NCBI GenBank assembly: GCA_965203805.1
Contig: OZ241917.1
Span: forward strand, 1,184,001 to 1,248,000
Length of the DNA stretch: 64,000 nt
DNA from: Candidatus Latescibacterota bacterium
Lineage (GTDB): Bacteria; Latescibacterota; UBA2968; GCA-2709665
Direction of reading: 5' to 3'
Shown here: piece after piece, positions 31,354 to 42,610 of the stretch
How the letters are laid out: each line of letters starts with the position of its first letter
Numbering within the stretch: position 1 is the first letter of the stretch
The notes under the pieces: generated by a model
What the model was told of the DNA's origin: nothing
The model's database searches: none
What the model saw: only the letters and a program-made list of their open reading frames with translations
Program-made: the position numbers and the translations under genes

Positions 31354-31625
31354 GGCCGTGCACCCCGCTTCGGCTCTCAGGCCGGGTTTTCGGAAAGCGC
31401 CAGCTCCCGCCAGGGGCTCCCGCGGCACACGGGCCGGGTTGCCTACCGCTGCTACCTTCCGGTCCTGACGGGGTTCGGCAATCGTCCGTTGCGCAGGACC
31501 TGGCGATCAACACCACGTTCTGACCGAAACACGTCCCGGTATGAAAAGCCTCAGACGGGGAATTCAACCCCGCTATAGCGGATTGCGGGCTACAGGGCGC
31601 CGCTACTCCCCCGTCTAGCACGACC
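31354..31625 (-). ncRNA. ffs: Large (Alu-domain-containing) bacterial SRP RNA
   Basis: 5' GGTCGTGCTAGACGGGGGAGTAGCGGCGCCCTGTAGCCCGCAATCCGCTATAGCGGG Alu-like region; S-domain CCGTCAGGACCGGAAGGTAGCAGCGG; complementary ends; upstream of dnaX. Confidence 0.93.
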
Positions 31626-31690
31626 TGAAAACAGGTTCAGCACCGGGCCGGAGGGCGGTGGGAGCCGCCGACGGCCGCCGGCGTTATGCC

Positions 31691-31766
31691 TGGTGGAGCT
31701 GATGGGATTCGAACCCACGACCTCCAGAGTGCGATTCTGGCGCTCTCCCAGCTGAGCTACAGCCCC
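31691..31766 (-). tRNA. tRNA-Ala(CGC)
   Basis: GGGGCTGTAGCTCAG...CCAGA-ATCGCAC-TCTGG...GTTCGAATCC...CCA, 76 nt, G3:U70. Confidence 0.97.
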
Positions 31767-31819
31767 ACGCAATGTTTTACGACGCGCGAAGCATAAGGCC
31801 GGACAGGGACGTCCTCGTC

Positions 31820-32197
31820 TTATGCGTCGCTCTTTTCAATTGTGATCCCGTCCGCCCGGGAGGCCTCTTTCAATGCCTCAGCGCCGGAAAGCACGCGTCC
31901 GACGGGGTTTACGGGGCTGGCCGGCCGGATCTCGTCCCCTTCGCTGGCAGGGGTCGGGCCATAGAAGATACAGAAAGCCTTGCCCGGCGGCCAGTAGGCC
32001 AGATCGCCCGATTCCACCGTTTCCCGCGGATCCTCCGGGTCCGCGGTGACAGGGATCTGGAAGTAGATTTCGTCGCCCCACGTGTTGAAGCCGCTCCGGA
32101 TGGGCAACTCGGCCAGGATCCGGGACGCGGTTTCGGAATCGTTCAACTCCGCGTCCAGCTCGATTTCTCCGACCGTGATCTTGATGGAATTCGCCAT
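31820..32197 (-). CDS. Cyclophilin-like fold protein (TM1367/DUF369-like)
   Basis: NTWGDEIYF, GDLAYWPPGKAFCIFYGPTP, PASPVN.VG. Confidence 0.85.
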   Translation of the reverse strand: MANSIKITVGEIELDAELNDSETASRILAELPIRSGFNTWGDEIYFQIPVTADPEDPRETVESGDLAYWPPGKAFCIFYGPTPASEGDEIRPASPVNPVGRVLSGAEALKEASRADGITIEKSDA

Positions 32198-32488
32198 TGG
32201 CTTCTTGAAGTCACAAACCCGATTTCAGACTATGGATGGACAGGAAAGACAGGATAAAAACCAAAATGCGCAAGAAAGGCACGTGAAAGCACGAGAAAAC
32301 GTGTAACTGCAGTGAATCGATTCACCACGAACCGCACGACATCACTCCGACCACTGCGATCCCAGAACCATTAAGGTTTTCCTTATGCCAACCACTGAAT
32401 ATTCAGAAAAACAACAGGTTATTCAACAAAACCGAGAGATTTCGTGAGCTATTCACGTTAAAGGAGAGCAGACGATGAAACAATATTC

Positions 32489-32581
<93 letters not shown>

Positions 32582-32915
32582 ACAAAAGCGGCTCGAGACC
32601 CGGTCAATCAAGCGAAAACGCGTGTATCAACGTCCCGCCCTTTGAATTTGCCATTGCACGATATTCCAGGCGGTTCTTCACGGCCGGGGCACACCGTTCT
32701 CTACAAATATTAAGATACAATAATCCACCGATATCCGCAACATTTTCGGGATCAATCAGGATTGCCGGGTCCGGTATCGTGGGAGCCTCGGATTCTGATT
32801 TCGTCGTCCTACCCTTCTTGATCCGTATCACAGTTTTCGCTAAATTGCGACCGCATACCATGGATGGAATGGATCATCTCTTTGCGGCCAAATACAAGAC
32901 GAGGTTATTCGGAAA

Positions 32916-33608
32916 ATGAACGACACCATCTGTTGGGACGGACTTACGCAGGCTCGGTCCTGCGACGACAAAGAGGCCGTTGACCGGCACGCTCTGGCCG
33001 ATGCCGCCAGGGATGCCGAATGGACCCGCGTCTTCGAACTTCTCACCAAATACAGGAAATGGTGGCACCCTACCCGGCCTGGGAATTGGGTTAACACCAC
33101 ACGGCCTGACGGATCATCCTGGTATGCGCCTCTACATCAGGCCGCGTGGCACGGCGCGGCGGTCACAGTCGCCGAACGGTTGATCGGTCTGGGCGCGTGG
33201 CGGACGCTCAGGAATGCCCGGGGAGCGCGGCCGTTGGACATTGCCAGACGCAGAGGGAACCGCCACCTGCTACACGTGCTGGCGCCCGAATACAAGCACG
33301 ACATCCCTCACGAGGACCTGTCTGGAATTCAAGCGCACTTCCATGCCGTCATTCGCGGCCGCGCCGATCACCTGGTGGATGAACAGAGACTGCGGTTGCC
33401 GCAATTGGAGCCGTTGCTGGAACTGGATCAACCGGAGATGTGGTTTGCCGTACCGGGTATGGCGGGTGGATTCCACTATCGGCTTCGTTCTGAGTGTGAT
33501 GAGATTCAGCTCGTTTCCGATAGTTGGTGCCGCGTCGTGGGAGGTTCGGGACAGAGACACGAGATCACGTCGCGCGGAAGCCGCCTCGTCGACGAGGGGT
33601 TCGTTTAA
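32916..33608 (+). CDS. Ankyrin-repeat protein with uncharacterised C-terminal domain
   Basis: APLHQAAWHGA...LIGLGA...GARPLDIARRRG ankyrin motifs. Confidence 0.85.
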   Translation: MNDTICWDGLTQARSCDDKEAVDRHALADAARDAEWTRVFELLTKYRKWWHPTRPGNWVNTTRPDGSSWYAPLHQAAWHGAAVTVAERLIGLGAWRTLRNARGARPLDIARRRGNRHLLHVLAPEYKHDIPHEDLSGIQAHFHAVIRGRADHLVDEQRLRLPQLEPLLELDQPEMWFAVPGMAGGFHYRLRSECDEIQLVSDSWCRVVGGSGQRHEITSRGSRLVDEGFV

Positions 33609-33769
33609 CTCGCTGCGTAATGACCGTTGTTCCGTGCGAGCCAAATTCCGACGAATCATTTCACAGCTTTGTTTTTTCCGCGGGAGGCTATCGCGAGTTC
33701 TCGGTGTATGGATTTCGATTCACGAGGTTAGACCGACAAGCAATAGGCGCCACCGAGCACGTCACAGAC

Positions 33770-34663
33770 TCAGATGGTGTCGAAATAAGAGTCTTTGACC
33801 TTGACTTCCTTGACCATCCGTTCTGTAACGTCGACACCGACTCTGTACTTGGCGATGAGTTCGCACAATTCGTCGCCGTCTATCAAGTCGATCGGTGGTG
33901 CGCCGTCCCGGGTCGCTTCCTTTCGCGCTGCGGGTGTAAATGTCCCCGTGGTAATAATCAACCCCTTGTCGCCCCGGCCCACCATCGCGCCACGAAAATC
34001 ACGCACGGCACTAGCGCCAACACCGCCGGCATATCTCTTGCACTGGAAATAGATAGGAAAGCTGACGAGTGACATTCTGTAGAGTCCAACGCCATCCAGT
34101 CCACCGTCCCCGGAACGTCCGACAACTTCAACCTTCTGAAAACCTGCCTCTCTTAGAAGCAGCTTCGCGAGACGCTCAAACCCATCCGGTTTCATCTTCT
34201 TGAGAATCGCGATGAGTGCGGATTTCCAATCGTCTTCTGGAATGGGTTCGGCGTCGTCCTTGCTCGTAGATTTCTCCTTCGCCGCCCTCGTTTCTGCCGC
34301 CCTTCTGCCCGCCAACTTCCGCGCGCCGTCGTAAGCTTTTCGAAGTTCCGCGTCTGCTACATCTTCATCCATATCAAGGTATTTGTTACCTACCGCGGTC
34401 ATCGTGTAGGTCCCGCGCTCAGTACTATCAAATGCACCGATCGCCTTGAGCCAATAAATCGCCCACCCCAATCTGTGTAAAGCCTTCGATTGCCCCGTTG
34501 GTCCAGCGTAAACGACCTCGATTTGCTCATCAGTCAGACCTACTGCACTGACAACCTGGTCCATTATTTCTGTGCGTGCTGCCGAACCGCCAAGATCGTG
34601 CATCACTTTCAAAACCGGCGAGAGTAAATCGGCGATGCCGGGAAGTTCCACGTTATCTGACAT
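33770..34663 (-). CDS. mrr: Mrr-family type IV restriction endonuclease
   Basis: N-terminal wHTH (LGGSA...RLGWA..WLKAIG), FERL, GRSGDGGLDG, QCKRY, VRDFRGAM, IDLIDG. Confidence 0.92.
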   Translation of the reverse strand: MSDNVELPGIADLLSPVLKVMHDLGGSAARTEIMDQVVSAVGLTDEQIEVVYAGPTGQSKALHRLGWAIYWLKAIGAFDSTERGTYTMTAVGNKYLDMDEDVADAELRKAYDGARKLAGRRAAETRAAKEKSTSKDDAEPIPEDDWKSALIAILKKMKPDGFERLAKLLLREAGFQKVEVVGRSGDGGLDGVGLYRMSLVSFPIYFQCKRYAGGVGASAVRDFRGAMVGRGDKGLIITTGTFTPAARKEATRDGAPPIDLIDGDELCELIAKYRVGVDVTERMVKEVKVKDSYFDTI

Positions 34664-35473
34664 GTGATGAAGCCCTCCTCTCAAATCATGTTTGGATCCC
34701 GGTCCGCTGTTTTCACTCGAATCTGATCCTGCATTGAAGCGACACCTCTATTGCACAAGGCCGGAATCAAGGTGGCAAACTGCACCTAGGCAGTGTCCGG
34801 GCCTTGCCGTTTTTCGGGCAATGGAGATAATCTGGCTTGGGCCTTGTATTCTGAATGTCCCACAGGTCGCGAGCAGTGCACCTGGGCACGAGCGCGTCTC
34901 GGCGTGACGCAATCCCGGAAGCCGAACGGAACAGGTGTGCCATCCCCGTCACGTCGTGGAGAGTGAGAAGTCACGTGATCATAGGTCCTCCCTTGCTACA
35001 CTAGAGTCCAGTCGCCAGGAGAGCCGCGCTTGTAGATCGTCGCCTCGCTGCGACAGTCGACCCGCGATCACGTAAATTTGTAAATAACTGTATAATAAGC
35101 ACGTATTTCCACTTCTGACTCACAGAAATCTGCTGCCAACTGGGACGCGGGAGGGACTAAATCGGCCTAACTCCTTGCCGCTGCGAAAGGAAGACGAGCG
35201 AGCAGCGGCGAATAAATCTACTCCCTTCTGCTGAGTGGACTCCGTCGTAACGTTCGAAATCCAGAAACAGGTCGAATCAGTCGACACTTAGCTACCGGCG
35301 ATTTCTCGCCGAGCAGATGAACGAACGGGTGGCTTACGTGAACGTGAAACCGTCGAATTGGGGCGGCCAATCGAGCCATAGGTTCAGGCGAAGCTTGGAG
35401 ACCATAGCGATTACTTAGAAGTGGCTTCTGCTTCGACATGGATCGTGCGTGACTGGCCTAGCAGCGTAGGTCC

Positions 35474-36298
35474 CTACAGGACTTCCACCTCTTGGACGGC
35501 TGCCGCTCCTCGTCTGAACCAACCTACGTCAGGTCCGACGGAAAGTAATCCATCGCTGCAAGTTATCGTCCCATCGTATCGGTCTCCGAGGGGGATGGAA
35601 CCGAGAGTCTTGATTATTGCTCTTTCACGAGTCAGGATGCGCTCGGGCTCAGCCGCGCGCTTGTCAACGTCCACCGCCCTGTCTTGTTCGAGATAGAACA
35701 GCCCAACACTGTCGAATACACCACTTCCATCGCCACGTTCCGAGCAACGAACTACCTCAATTCCGGACGGGGAAGTCGCAATGTGCGTGTAAGTGAAGGA
35801 TTCTGTTCCATTCTGCCACTGCACAAACAGCATTCCATTCTGGCGGAATGTAGTGACGTCTCCAAAAAACCGGTTGCTCCGGTTCGCAGCAGTGAGGTTC
35901 ACCGCCACTATGGTCTCGTCCGCGTCTGAGAGCCAGCCGAGCAGTTCCCTGAGAATCAGCGGATGAATGAACTCGTCTCGGACAAATGAGTAACGGCAGT
36001 TGCCGAACGACATATACGGTGACGCCCGGACGACGGCCGCCGTTGCCTCTCCATTCACCGTCTTGTACCACCTGTCTCGGTGCTCTCGAATCATCTTCTG
36101 CTTCGTGGGGTCTCCGCCGTAGGCCCGATGGCAACCGGCACAGAGTGGAGCCGCGTTGTCTTCTGTACTCGCACCGCCATCGGCACCGGGGACGATGTGA
36201 TGGATGTCAATGTCCGGCTTGTGGCAACCGGCGATGCAACAGCGCAAGTCGGCGCGGTCTCGAATCTTCTTCTTTAGTGCTTCTGGGAATCGCGGCAT
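35474..36298 (-). CDS. HNH endonuclease fused to an unknown C-terminal beta-rich domain
   Basis: CCIAGC...IHHIVP..DGG....DNAAPLCAGCH Zn-bound HNH in the first ~80 aa. Confidence 0.85.
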   Translation of the reverse strand: MPRFPEALKKKIRDRADLRCCIAGCHKPDIDIHHIVPGADGGASTEDNAAPLCAGCHRAYGGDPTKQKMIREHRDRWYKTVNGEATAAVVRASPYMSFGNCRYSFVRDEFIHPLILRELLGWLSDADETIVAVNLTAANRSNRFFGDVTTFRQNGMLFVQWQNGTESFTYTHIATSPSGIEVVRCSERGDGSGVFDSVGLFYLEQDRAVDVDKRAAEPERILTRERAIIKTLGSIPLGDRYDGTITCSDGLLSVGPDVGWFRRGAAAVQEVEVL

Positions 36299-36879
36299 TT
36301 CCTGATACCTCTCGGTGACTGGCAGTCGTGTGCGACATCACCAATATATGACAGAGCGCATCGAACCATACGATGGCGGGCACCTCGTACATCCGAATCG
36401 CAGGGATCCGCGCTTCAGCCTCAACAGCCACCCGTCAGCAGCACCTCAAAATCTGCCACGGTCGGCATCGTCAAGACGATGCAGGGGCATGACGATTAGA
36501 AGGGTACACCCGGAACTGAGGCTTGGTCGGTGAGTACACTGGCGCTTCCTGTGCGTGGCAGAGTCTTCTGGCGTTGGTTACCTAGCCTACACTAACCGGT
36601 AGTGGCGTCCCATGAGGGCCTTAACTTCATCGTCGATTTTCTCGATTGAGAAGAGAGCGGAGCTTGAGTGAGATGACTGAGTTCTTGCTGTATGGAATCC
36701 ACGGCGAGAGGTAAAATCGTCTCAGTTTGAGGTCTGCGGCTTCTCGGCGCAGACGGCCACACTGCGATAGGCTGCGCAGTGACAGATACGTAACCCCTGA
36801 GACCGACTCGTGCTTTGATAAGAGTAGTAGTCGGTCAGAGGTTTCCACGTCTGGTATGTGCTACAGAATTTCGCGTCTA

Positions 36880-36910
36880 AACGGGATGGCCGTATCACGG
36901 CCATCCCGTT
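36880..36910. terminator. Perfect 14-bp hairpin ~200 nt downstream of hsdR
   Basis: AACGGGATGGCCGT-ATC-ACGGCCATCCCGTT. Confidence 0.5.
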
Positions 36911-37110
36911 GTTCCTCGCTGCGAGTTACTGACACCTGTACTGCTCGCGCGGATCCGTATCAAGTTGTCCGGAGCGTATGCCGCTCCAATTGATTACAGC
37001 GCGGCAAATCACCGGTACCTTCGTTTGCTCATTCGGTGCCGAGCGTGTTCCTTTTGACTATGCCGGTTCCGCTCCTCTTAGCGTGGATGTTTCGGTGGGC
37101 GGACTTTGGT

Positions 37111-40100
37111 TTACTCCAAATTCTCCGTTGACAATTCTGCCTGTCGCAAGACGAGCTGCGTCGCGTCTTCGGCCAGATCCGGAGGGTAGCCGTACTTTGC
37201 GAGCAGCCGGCGAACATTGCGCCGCAGACTCGCCCGTACGGACTCGCGTTGGGTCCAGTCAAGCTTGGGCATGCTCTTAACCATTTCGGTCAGTTTGCGA
37301 GCCATGAGGCGTAGCGTATCGCTCTGCATCGCTTCTCTGGCTGACTCGTTCTCCGCCAGGGCGTCGTAAAAGGCAGTTTCCTCGCTGCTCAGACCCAGTT
37401 CTTCACCGTGGCGTTGCGCGTCCCTTAGACTCTTCGCCAAGTCAATCAGCCGCGAGATCATCTCGGCGGTGGTGATCGCCCTGTTCGTATAGCGCAACAT
37501 CGCGTTTTCCAGGGCGTCGCGAAACTTTCGGCTCCGGACAATGTTCGTGCGCTCGGTGATACGAATCTGATCATTGAGCAGCTTGCGCAGCGTCTCCAAA
37601 GCCAAGCTCTTCTGCTCCAGTGCCGCCACCCGACCAAGGAACTCATCGCTAAGGATGCCGAGGCGGGCTTCCGACAGCCCCGCGACGGCGAACAGGTCGA
37701 TTACTTCGTCGGCATCGATCGCGCCGCCGATCACCTGGCGCACGGCGGCGTCGACGTCGCGTTTCCGAGCTTGACCGTCGCCATCGTCGGTATCGTCAAT
37801 CAGTCGTTTTCGAATCATCGCCACCACACGCTGGTAGAACGCGAGGTGTGCCGTGATGGCCTCGGTCTCCGGGCGCGGAACCGCCAACGCGAAGGCCGCC
37901 GACAGCTCCTTGACCAGTTTCCGCAGGCGCTTCCAGCCGTCGTTCTGCCCAAAGACGTGATCAATCGTGCGTAGATACACCCCAAGCACGGCTTTCGGTT
38001 TGGTGTCGAGCGCATGCTCGTAGTCGCAACCGTGGAAGAAGTCGCGCAGTTTCTCGAAGGCTGCCTGCATGGCAGGCACAGCCTCGTTTTGCACCCTCCT
38101 GACCGCCTCGCCCGTGCCGCCGGCATGGGTGTACGTCGCAAGCGCATCTGCCAACTGGTCGGCCAGACCCAGAAGGTCCACGATTAATCCACCGGGCTTG
38201 TCTCCGTGAACGCGATTCACGCGTGCGATAGCCTGCATCAGGTTGTGCCCGGCCAGCGGCTTATCCAGATACATGGTGTGTGCCGGCGGACAGTCGAAGC
38301 CGGTGAGCCACATGTCGCAGACGATCACCAAGCGTAGATTGTCGTGGGGGGCCTTGAAGCGCTCCGCCAGACGCTTGCGGGCGGTCTTGGTGCGCGCATG
38401 GCTCCTGAGCGGCTCGGGATCTTCTTGGCTGCCGGTCACGACCACCTTCATCGCCCCCTTTGCGTCGTCGACGTCGTGCCAGTCCGGGCGAAGTGTGCGG
38501 ATGGCCTCGTAGAGCCGCGCGGCAATGTCGCGGCTCATGGTCACGACCATCGCCTTGCCTTCCATAGCGGCGCGGCGCTTCTCCCAGTGTTCGACGATGA
38601 ACGCCGCAAGGCGTTCGATGCGCTCCTGGGCACCGACCAGGGACTCCAGTGGTACTCGGATGCTGTCATCCGCCCCTTCTCCACCGCGGTCGAGGTTGGC
38701 AACGTACTCAACATGCTCCTCGGCGACGCCCGCGCGCTCCTCGTCCACCTTCAGTTTAATGACGCGCGATTCGTAGTAGAGCGGCTGCGTGGCGCCATCC
38801 TCGACGGACTGGCGGATGTCGTAGACGTCCGCGTACTCGCCGAAGACGTGGGTCGTGTTTCTGTCGTCCCGTTCTAGCGGCGTGCCGGTGAAGCCGACGA
38901 ACGTGGCGTTCGGGAGCGCCTCCCGCATCCAGCGCGCGCCGCCCTCGACGAAGCCATACTGGCTGCGGTGGGCCTCGTCGGCCATAACGACCACGTTCGA
39001 ACGCTCCGAGACCACGCCGTGTGCCTCAGCAAACTTCTGAATCGTCGTGAACACCACCCCACCTGCCGCGTGGTCGAGCAAGGCCTTGAGATGCTCCCGG
39101 CTCACGGCCTGGACCGGATCCTGACGAAGCAGCGCGCGCCCGGCAGCGAAGGTCTCGAAGAGCTGATCGTCCAGATCGTTGCGGTCGGTGATCATGACGA
39201 TCGTCGGGTTGGTCATGCGCGACTCTCGGATCAGCCCCCCGGCCAACATCAACATAGTCAGCGACTTGCCCGAGCCCTGGGTATGCCAGATCACACCCCC
39301 GCGACCATCGCCCGTGCCGGACGGCGGCTTGAGACGCGCAAGCACGCTGGCGCGCGCATTGCGCACCGCGCGGAACTGGTGGTAGCCTGCGATGTTCTTG
39401 GCGATCTCGCCACGTTCGTCCTCCTCGAAAGTGACACAGGTTCGCAGGTAGTCGACCAACGTCCGCGGATGGAACAGGCCCCGGATCAGCGCCTCCAGGG
39501 TCGGCGCGCCTCCATCCTCACCACCGTCGATCCGGCGCCACGGCATGAAGCGGCCACGCCCGCTGGTGATCGAGCCGACGCGGTTCAGCATGCCGTCCGA
39601 GACCACCAGCACCAAGTTCGGCACGAACAGTTCGGGGGCGGTCTGCATGTAACGATCGAGTTGGTCGATGGCCGCACCTAGATTTGCGTGGGTGTGGGTC
39701 GGGTGTTTCAGCTCAATCACCGCGATCGGCAGCCCGTTCAGGAATACTGTCAGGTCCGGGCGGACGATCTTACCCGATGGCCCCGCAACACTGAGCTGGC
39801 GGACCACCAGAAGCTCGTTCGCGGCCGAGTTGTCGAAGTCGACCAGCCGTGCCCGCCGTCCACGGATTTCGCCACTCTTCGCGTCGCGGCACTCGATCTC
39901 GACGCCGTCGGTGAGCATTGCGTGGAACCAGCGGTTATTCTGGATTAGTGTCGGATGCGGCGGGCGCGAGAGGATGCGTACGACCCCCTCGATGGTGTCG
40001 TGCGGCAGATCGGGGTTGAGGCGATGCAGCGCGGATGCGAGGCGGCCCGTCAACATGGCCTGGGACGTATCGCCGCGCTCGCCAGCGTCGTCGATCTCGG

Positions 40101-40185
40101 CGTTGCATTTCACAGCCACGCCGGTCTCTCCGAAGTACAGAGGTGTCAGGTCTTCGACGAACTGTTCGTTGAGTCGTGCCATCAT
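37111..40185 (-). CDS. hsdR: Type I restriction endonuclease subunit R
   Basis: RPD...IELK nuclease motif, [33 protein letters not shown]; C-terminal DWT.RESVRA...[10 protein letters not shown]. Confidence 0.97.
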   Translation of the reverse strand: MMARLNEQFVEDLTPLYFGETGVAVKCNAEIDDAGERGDTSQAMLTGRLASALHRLNPDLPHDTIEGVVRILSRPPHPTLIQNNRWFHAMLTDGVEIECRDAKSGEIRGRRARLVDFDNSAANELLVVRQLSVAGPSGKIVRPDLTVFLNGLPIAVIELKHPTHTHANLGAAIDQLDRYMQTAPELFVPNLVLVVSDGMLNRVGSITSGRGRFMPWRRIDGGEDGGAPTLEALIRGLFHPRTLVDYLRTCVTFEEDERGEIAKNIAGYHQFRAVRNARASVLARLKPPSGTGDGRGGVIWHTQGSGKSLTMLMLAGGLIRESRMTNPTIVMITDRNDLDDQLFETFAAGRALLRQDPVQAVSREHLKALLDHAAGGVVFTTIQKFAEAHGVVSERSNVVVMADEAHRSQYGFVEGGARWMREALPNATFVGFTGTPLERDDRNTTHVFGEYADVYDIRQSVEDGATQPLYYESRVIKLKVDEERAGVAEEHVEYVANLDRGGEGADDSIRVPLESLVGAQERIERLAAFIVEHWEKRRAAMEGKAMVVTMSRDIAARLYEAIRTLRPDWHDVDDAKGAMKVVVTGSQEDPEPLRSHARTKTARKRLAERFKAPHDNLRLVIVCDMWLTGFDCPPAHTMYLDKPLAGHNLMQAIARVNRVHGDKPGGLIVDLLGLADQLADALATYTHAGGTGEAVRRVQNEAVPAMQAAFEKLRDFFHGCDYEHALDTKPKAVLGVYLRTIDHVFGQNDGWKRLRKLVKELSAAFALAVPRPETEAITAHLAFYQRVVAMIRKRLIDDTDDGDGQARKRDVDAAVRQVIGGAIDADEVIDLFAVAGLSEARLGILSDEFLGRVAALEQKSLALETLRKLLNDQIRITERTNIVRSRKFRDALENAMLRYTNRAITTAEMISRLIDLAKSLRDAQRHGEELGLSSEETAFYDALAENESAREAMQSDTLRLMARKLTEMVKSMPKLDWTQRESVRASLRRNVRRLLAKYGYPPDLAEDATQLVLRQAELSTENLE

Positions 40186-41303
40186 ACGCCCTCCCCAACC
40201 CGATCTAGTAGACTTTCGAAGCGTACAAGCCGGTCTTCATGGGGTCCCGATGGCGAAGTCTTGGTAGTCGAATCAGCTACGCACTCCATGTGCCATTCAT
40301 TATCCTTCTTGAATCTGAATCCCCACACGCTGGTCCGATGCCCAGATTCGCTGTCGGCGGCATATAAGAACGGACTGAGGTCCAAAGTCAGTTCGCCCAT
40401 ACGAGCGAACACCCTGTCCATTTCGTCGACCGATATTGCAGACATCACAAGCACCGCTGCGTCGGTGTCAAGGGCGAGTTCACTAATGCGGCGACTCTGT
40501 GCGTGGCCATTCAATAGCTCGATATCTGCTTTGCCTCCAGCTTGAATGCTGTGGATGCGTATCAGGTCAATATTCTGCATATCGCGCAGGTCAAGCAATA
40601 TTTCGCGCAGCAAAGGATATGCTTCTTCGATGACCGCTTTCGCCTGTACCTCAGACAGTGCTGATGCATGGGAAAAGGCGTTGCGTACAACATTGAGCCG
40701 CCGAACTTCCCCGAGCACATCTACGGGAAGCAATGAGGCAACCTTCAGGTCGAGCCCCAACTCCTCTGCCCGATGCAGCACACCTTCGATGAGGCCGATA
40801 CGCACCGCCAGCTTGTCAGAGAGCAGATCTCGACGTCTGCACTCTCGCCGCCTCTGCCCCACTCCATCACGAAGAACTAGTGGTTTCATGCATGTCGCAA
40901 CTACCGCAGCTTCGGACAGTGCAAGCGCCGCCAGAAGACGAATTAGAGATTCCCACGTGTCACGCAGGCGGTGCAATCGGGTAAGTGACGAGCGGGTTCC
41001 CTCTAGGAAGCTATGGAACGGCACCGCAATAGGTGCTGGAAACTGCTCACACACAGCCTGCTCTAAATCCGTGCGAATCATCGCTGAACAATCGTCACGA
41101 CCGCGCCGGGCGGCGTCAGGGGCCATTGTCTCCAACACGTCGGCAGGATGAAACTGCTCTTGCCCGATTTCGATCATTCGATACGAGGATTCACACCAAA
41201 CACGATAATCTTCATCGTCTCTTCTTTTTCGCCGCTCGGTAAGGCGCTGATCGGGATCAAGGCGTTCTGCTTCCAATTGATCGCGGGAGGGCGAGTCTGT
41301 CAC
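40182..41303 (-). CDS. Hypothetical protein with HEPN-like RxxxxH motif embedded in the hsd operon (373 aa)
   Basis: GTG start overlaps the hsdS stop (GTGA, GAGGG RBS); TGA overlaps the hsdR ATG (ATGA); RNAFSH at 40668-40685 within a helical region. Confidence 0.75.
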   Translation of the reverse strand: MTDSPSRDQLEAERLDPDQRLTERRKRRDDEDYRVWCESSYRMIEIGQEQFHPADVLETMAPDAARRGRDDCSAMIRTDLEQAVCEQFPAPIAVPFHSFLEGTRSSLTRLHRLRDTWESLIRLLAALALSEAAVVATCMKPLVLRDGVGQRRRECRRRDLLSDKLAVRIGLIEGVLHRAEELGLDLKVASLLPVDVLGEVRRLNVVRNAFSHASALSEVQAKAVIEEAYPLLREILLDLRDMQNIDLIRIHSIQAGGKADIELLNGHAQSRRISELALDTDAAVLVMSAISVDEMDRVFARMGELTLDLSPFLYAADSESGHRTSVWGFRFKKDNEWHMECVADSTTKTSPSGPHEDRLVRFESLLDRVGEGV

Positions 41304-42610
41304 GAACGCACCCTCACAGTTCCCGATAGAAGCTTTGGAAGGAGGTAATCGCGTACCTGCGTCAAGTGCAGATTTTCCTCCACGCAAGCCGCGAGTAGTT
41401 CAAAAAGAGGATCAGACGTTTGCTGATAGGCGGAGATCACGTCGTCTATTGGCAGAACCACCGGGAGGGGGCGGAAGTTCTTCTTGCTGATCTCGGGGAA
41501 GGTTGTTCCGCTCGCGCGGGCCTTGATTACGTCCATCGAGGTCAACGCCCAGTTAAGAACGTAGATGGGCGGCAGCGGGCCGTCACACACCATCGCGATG
41601 AATCCCTGGTTGATCGCGGTAGGCACCCTAGCGATTCCCAGGTAGCCGACTGGAGCACGCGATGACATCAGCACCGTACCAACGGGTAGCATGCCGGAGC
41701 TAATCGAGTTGAGCGCCGCATCCGTGATGCGGCGCTCCGTGTCCAGCAACACCGGATGCGAGAGCCTCGACATGTCCTTCGGGGTCACCCAACAGTGCTC
41801 GCCGCCGTCCCAGTATTCAGGATTCTTCGTGTTCGGGGTGCCACCACCCTTCGTTGTGACCACATCGCCGATCGCTTTCACCTCCCACCCCTCCGGCACG
41901 GGGCCGATGTCGGAATCCACAAAGCGGGTGGGCAGTGCGTCGAAAACTTGCTGGGGCATGGAAGGGAAGGAGGTCGCGCCGGCGGCCTTGGCCTTCACTG
42001 GCTCGAAGTCTACGAACCACGCCCGGAATATCGCACGCGCCAGCCGCTCCAGCGCCCGCGCCGTCTGCTGGTTCTGCTCGATCTTGTCGTCGAGCGCGCC
42101 GAGGACACCAGCGATGTCCCGCTGTTCGGTGATTGCCGGGAGCGTTGTCTCGAACTCGCAAATCCGCCCAGGTGATGTATGGCGAACTGTGGATCCTGAA
42201 GCGGTCGCCAAAATGTGGTGTCTGTAGTCGCTGGCGCGAAGGCGATAGAACAGGAAGCGCTTGTCCGCCTCAACTCCCTCCTTGATTTCAACCAATCCAA
42301 TTCTCTGGTTATGCAAGTAGCGTCTTCCGAGCGTCCGCGGAACGAGGGCTGGATAGCCGAGCGTATCGCCAGCCTTGCTTAGATCCGTCATCGTGACTAC
42401 TAGATCGCCCTCTTGCAGGATGTAGTCATCCGGTACAGGTCCCGCGTAATACTTCGGCTTGTTGTTTAGGAAGCCTCCGCCAATGGCAAAATTGCCAGGT
42501 GTCACGAGCACGTATGGTGTCTCAGATTCAGTGAAGTACTCACCCTTGAATGCACAACCGTGTTTCACACGTATGTAAATTCCAAGTGTACGCGGGGCAG
42601 CGTCATCCAT
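41300..42610 (-). CDS. hsdS: Type I R-M specificity subunit S
   Basis: Two TRDs, [42 protein letters not shown]. Confidence 0.96.
   Translation of the reverse strand: MDDAAPRTLGIYIRVKHGCAFKGEYFTESETPYVLVTPGNFAIGGGFLNNKPKYYAGPVPDDYILQEGDLVVTMTDLSKAGDTLGYPALVPRTLGRRYLHNQRIGLVEIKEGVEADKRFLFYRLRASDYRHHILATASGSTVRHTSPGRICEFETTLPAITEQRDIAGVLGALDDKIEQNQQTARALERLARAIFRAWFVDFEPVKAKAAGATSFPSMPQQVFDALPTRFVDSDIGPVPEGWEVKAIGDVVTTKGGGTPNTKNPEYWDGGEHCWVTPKDMSRLSHPVLLDTERRITDAALNSISSGMLPVGTVLMSSRAPVGYLGIARVPTAINQGFIAMVCDGPLPPIYVLNWALTSMDVIKARASGTTFPEISKKNFRPLPVVLPIDDVISAYQQTSDPLFELLAACVEENLHLTQVRDYLLPKLLSGTVRVRS

Noticed and set aside
35130-35175. Possible att site resembling the tRNA-Ser 3' end (minus strand AGTCCCTCCGCGTCCC)
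   Set aside because: Only about 10-11 of 15 bases match and there is no integrase; not distinguishable from chance.
36315-37110. Short ORFs between hsdR and the HNH gene
   Set aside because: No RBS-supported ORF with recognisable motifs; possibly a degraded remnant but not supportable.
40182-41303. Calling orfX prrC or rloC
   Set aside because: No Walker A/B or ABC signature is visible; only the position and the RxxxxH motif are shared.
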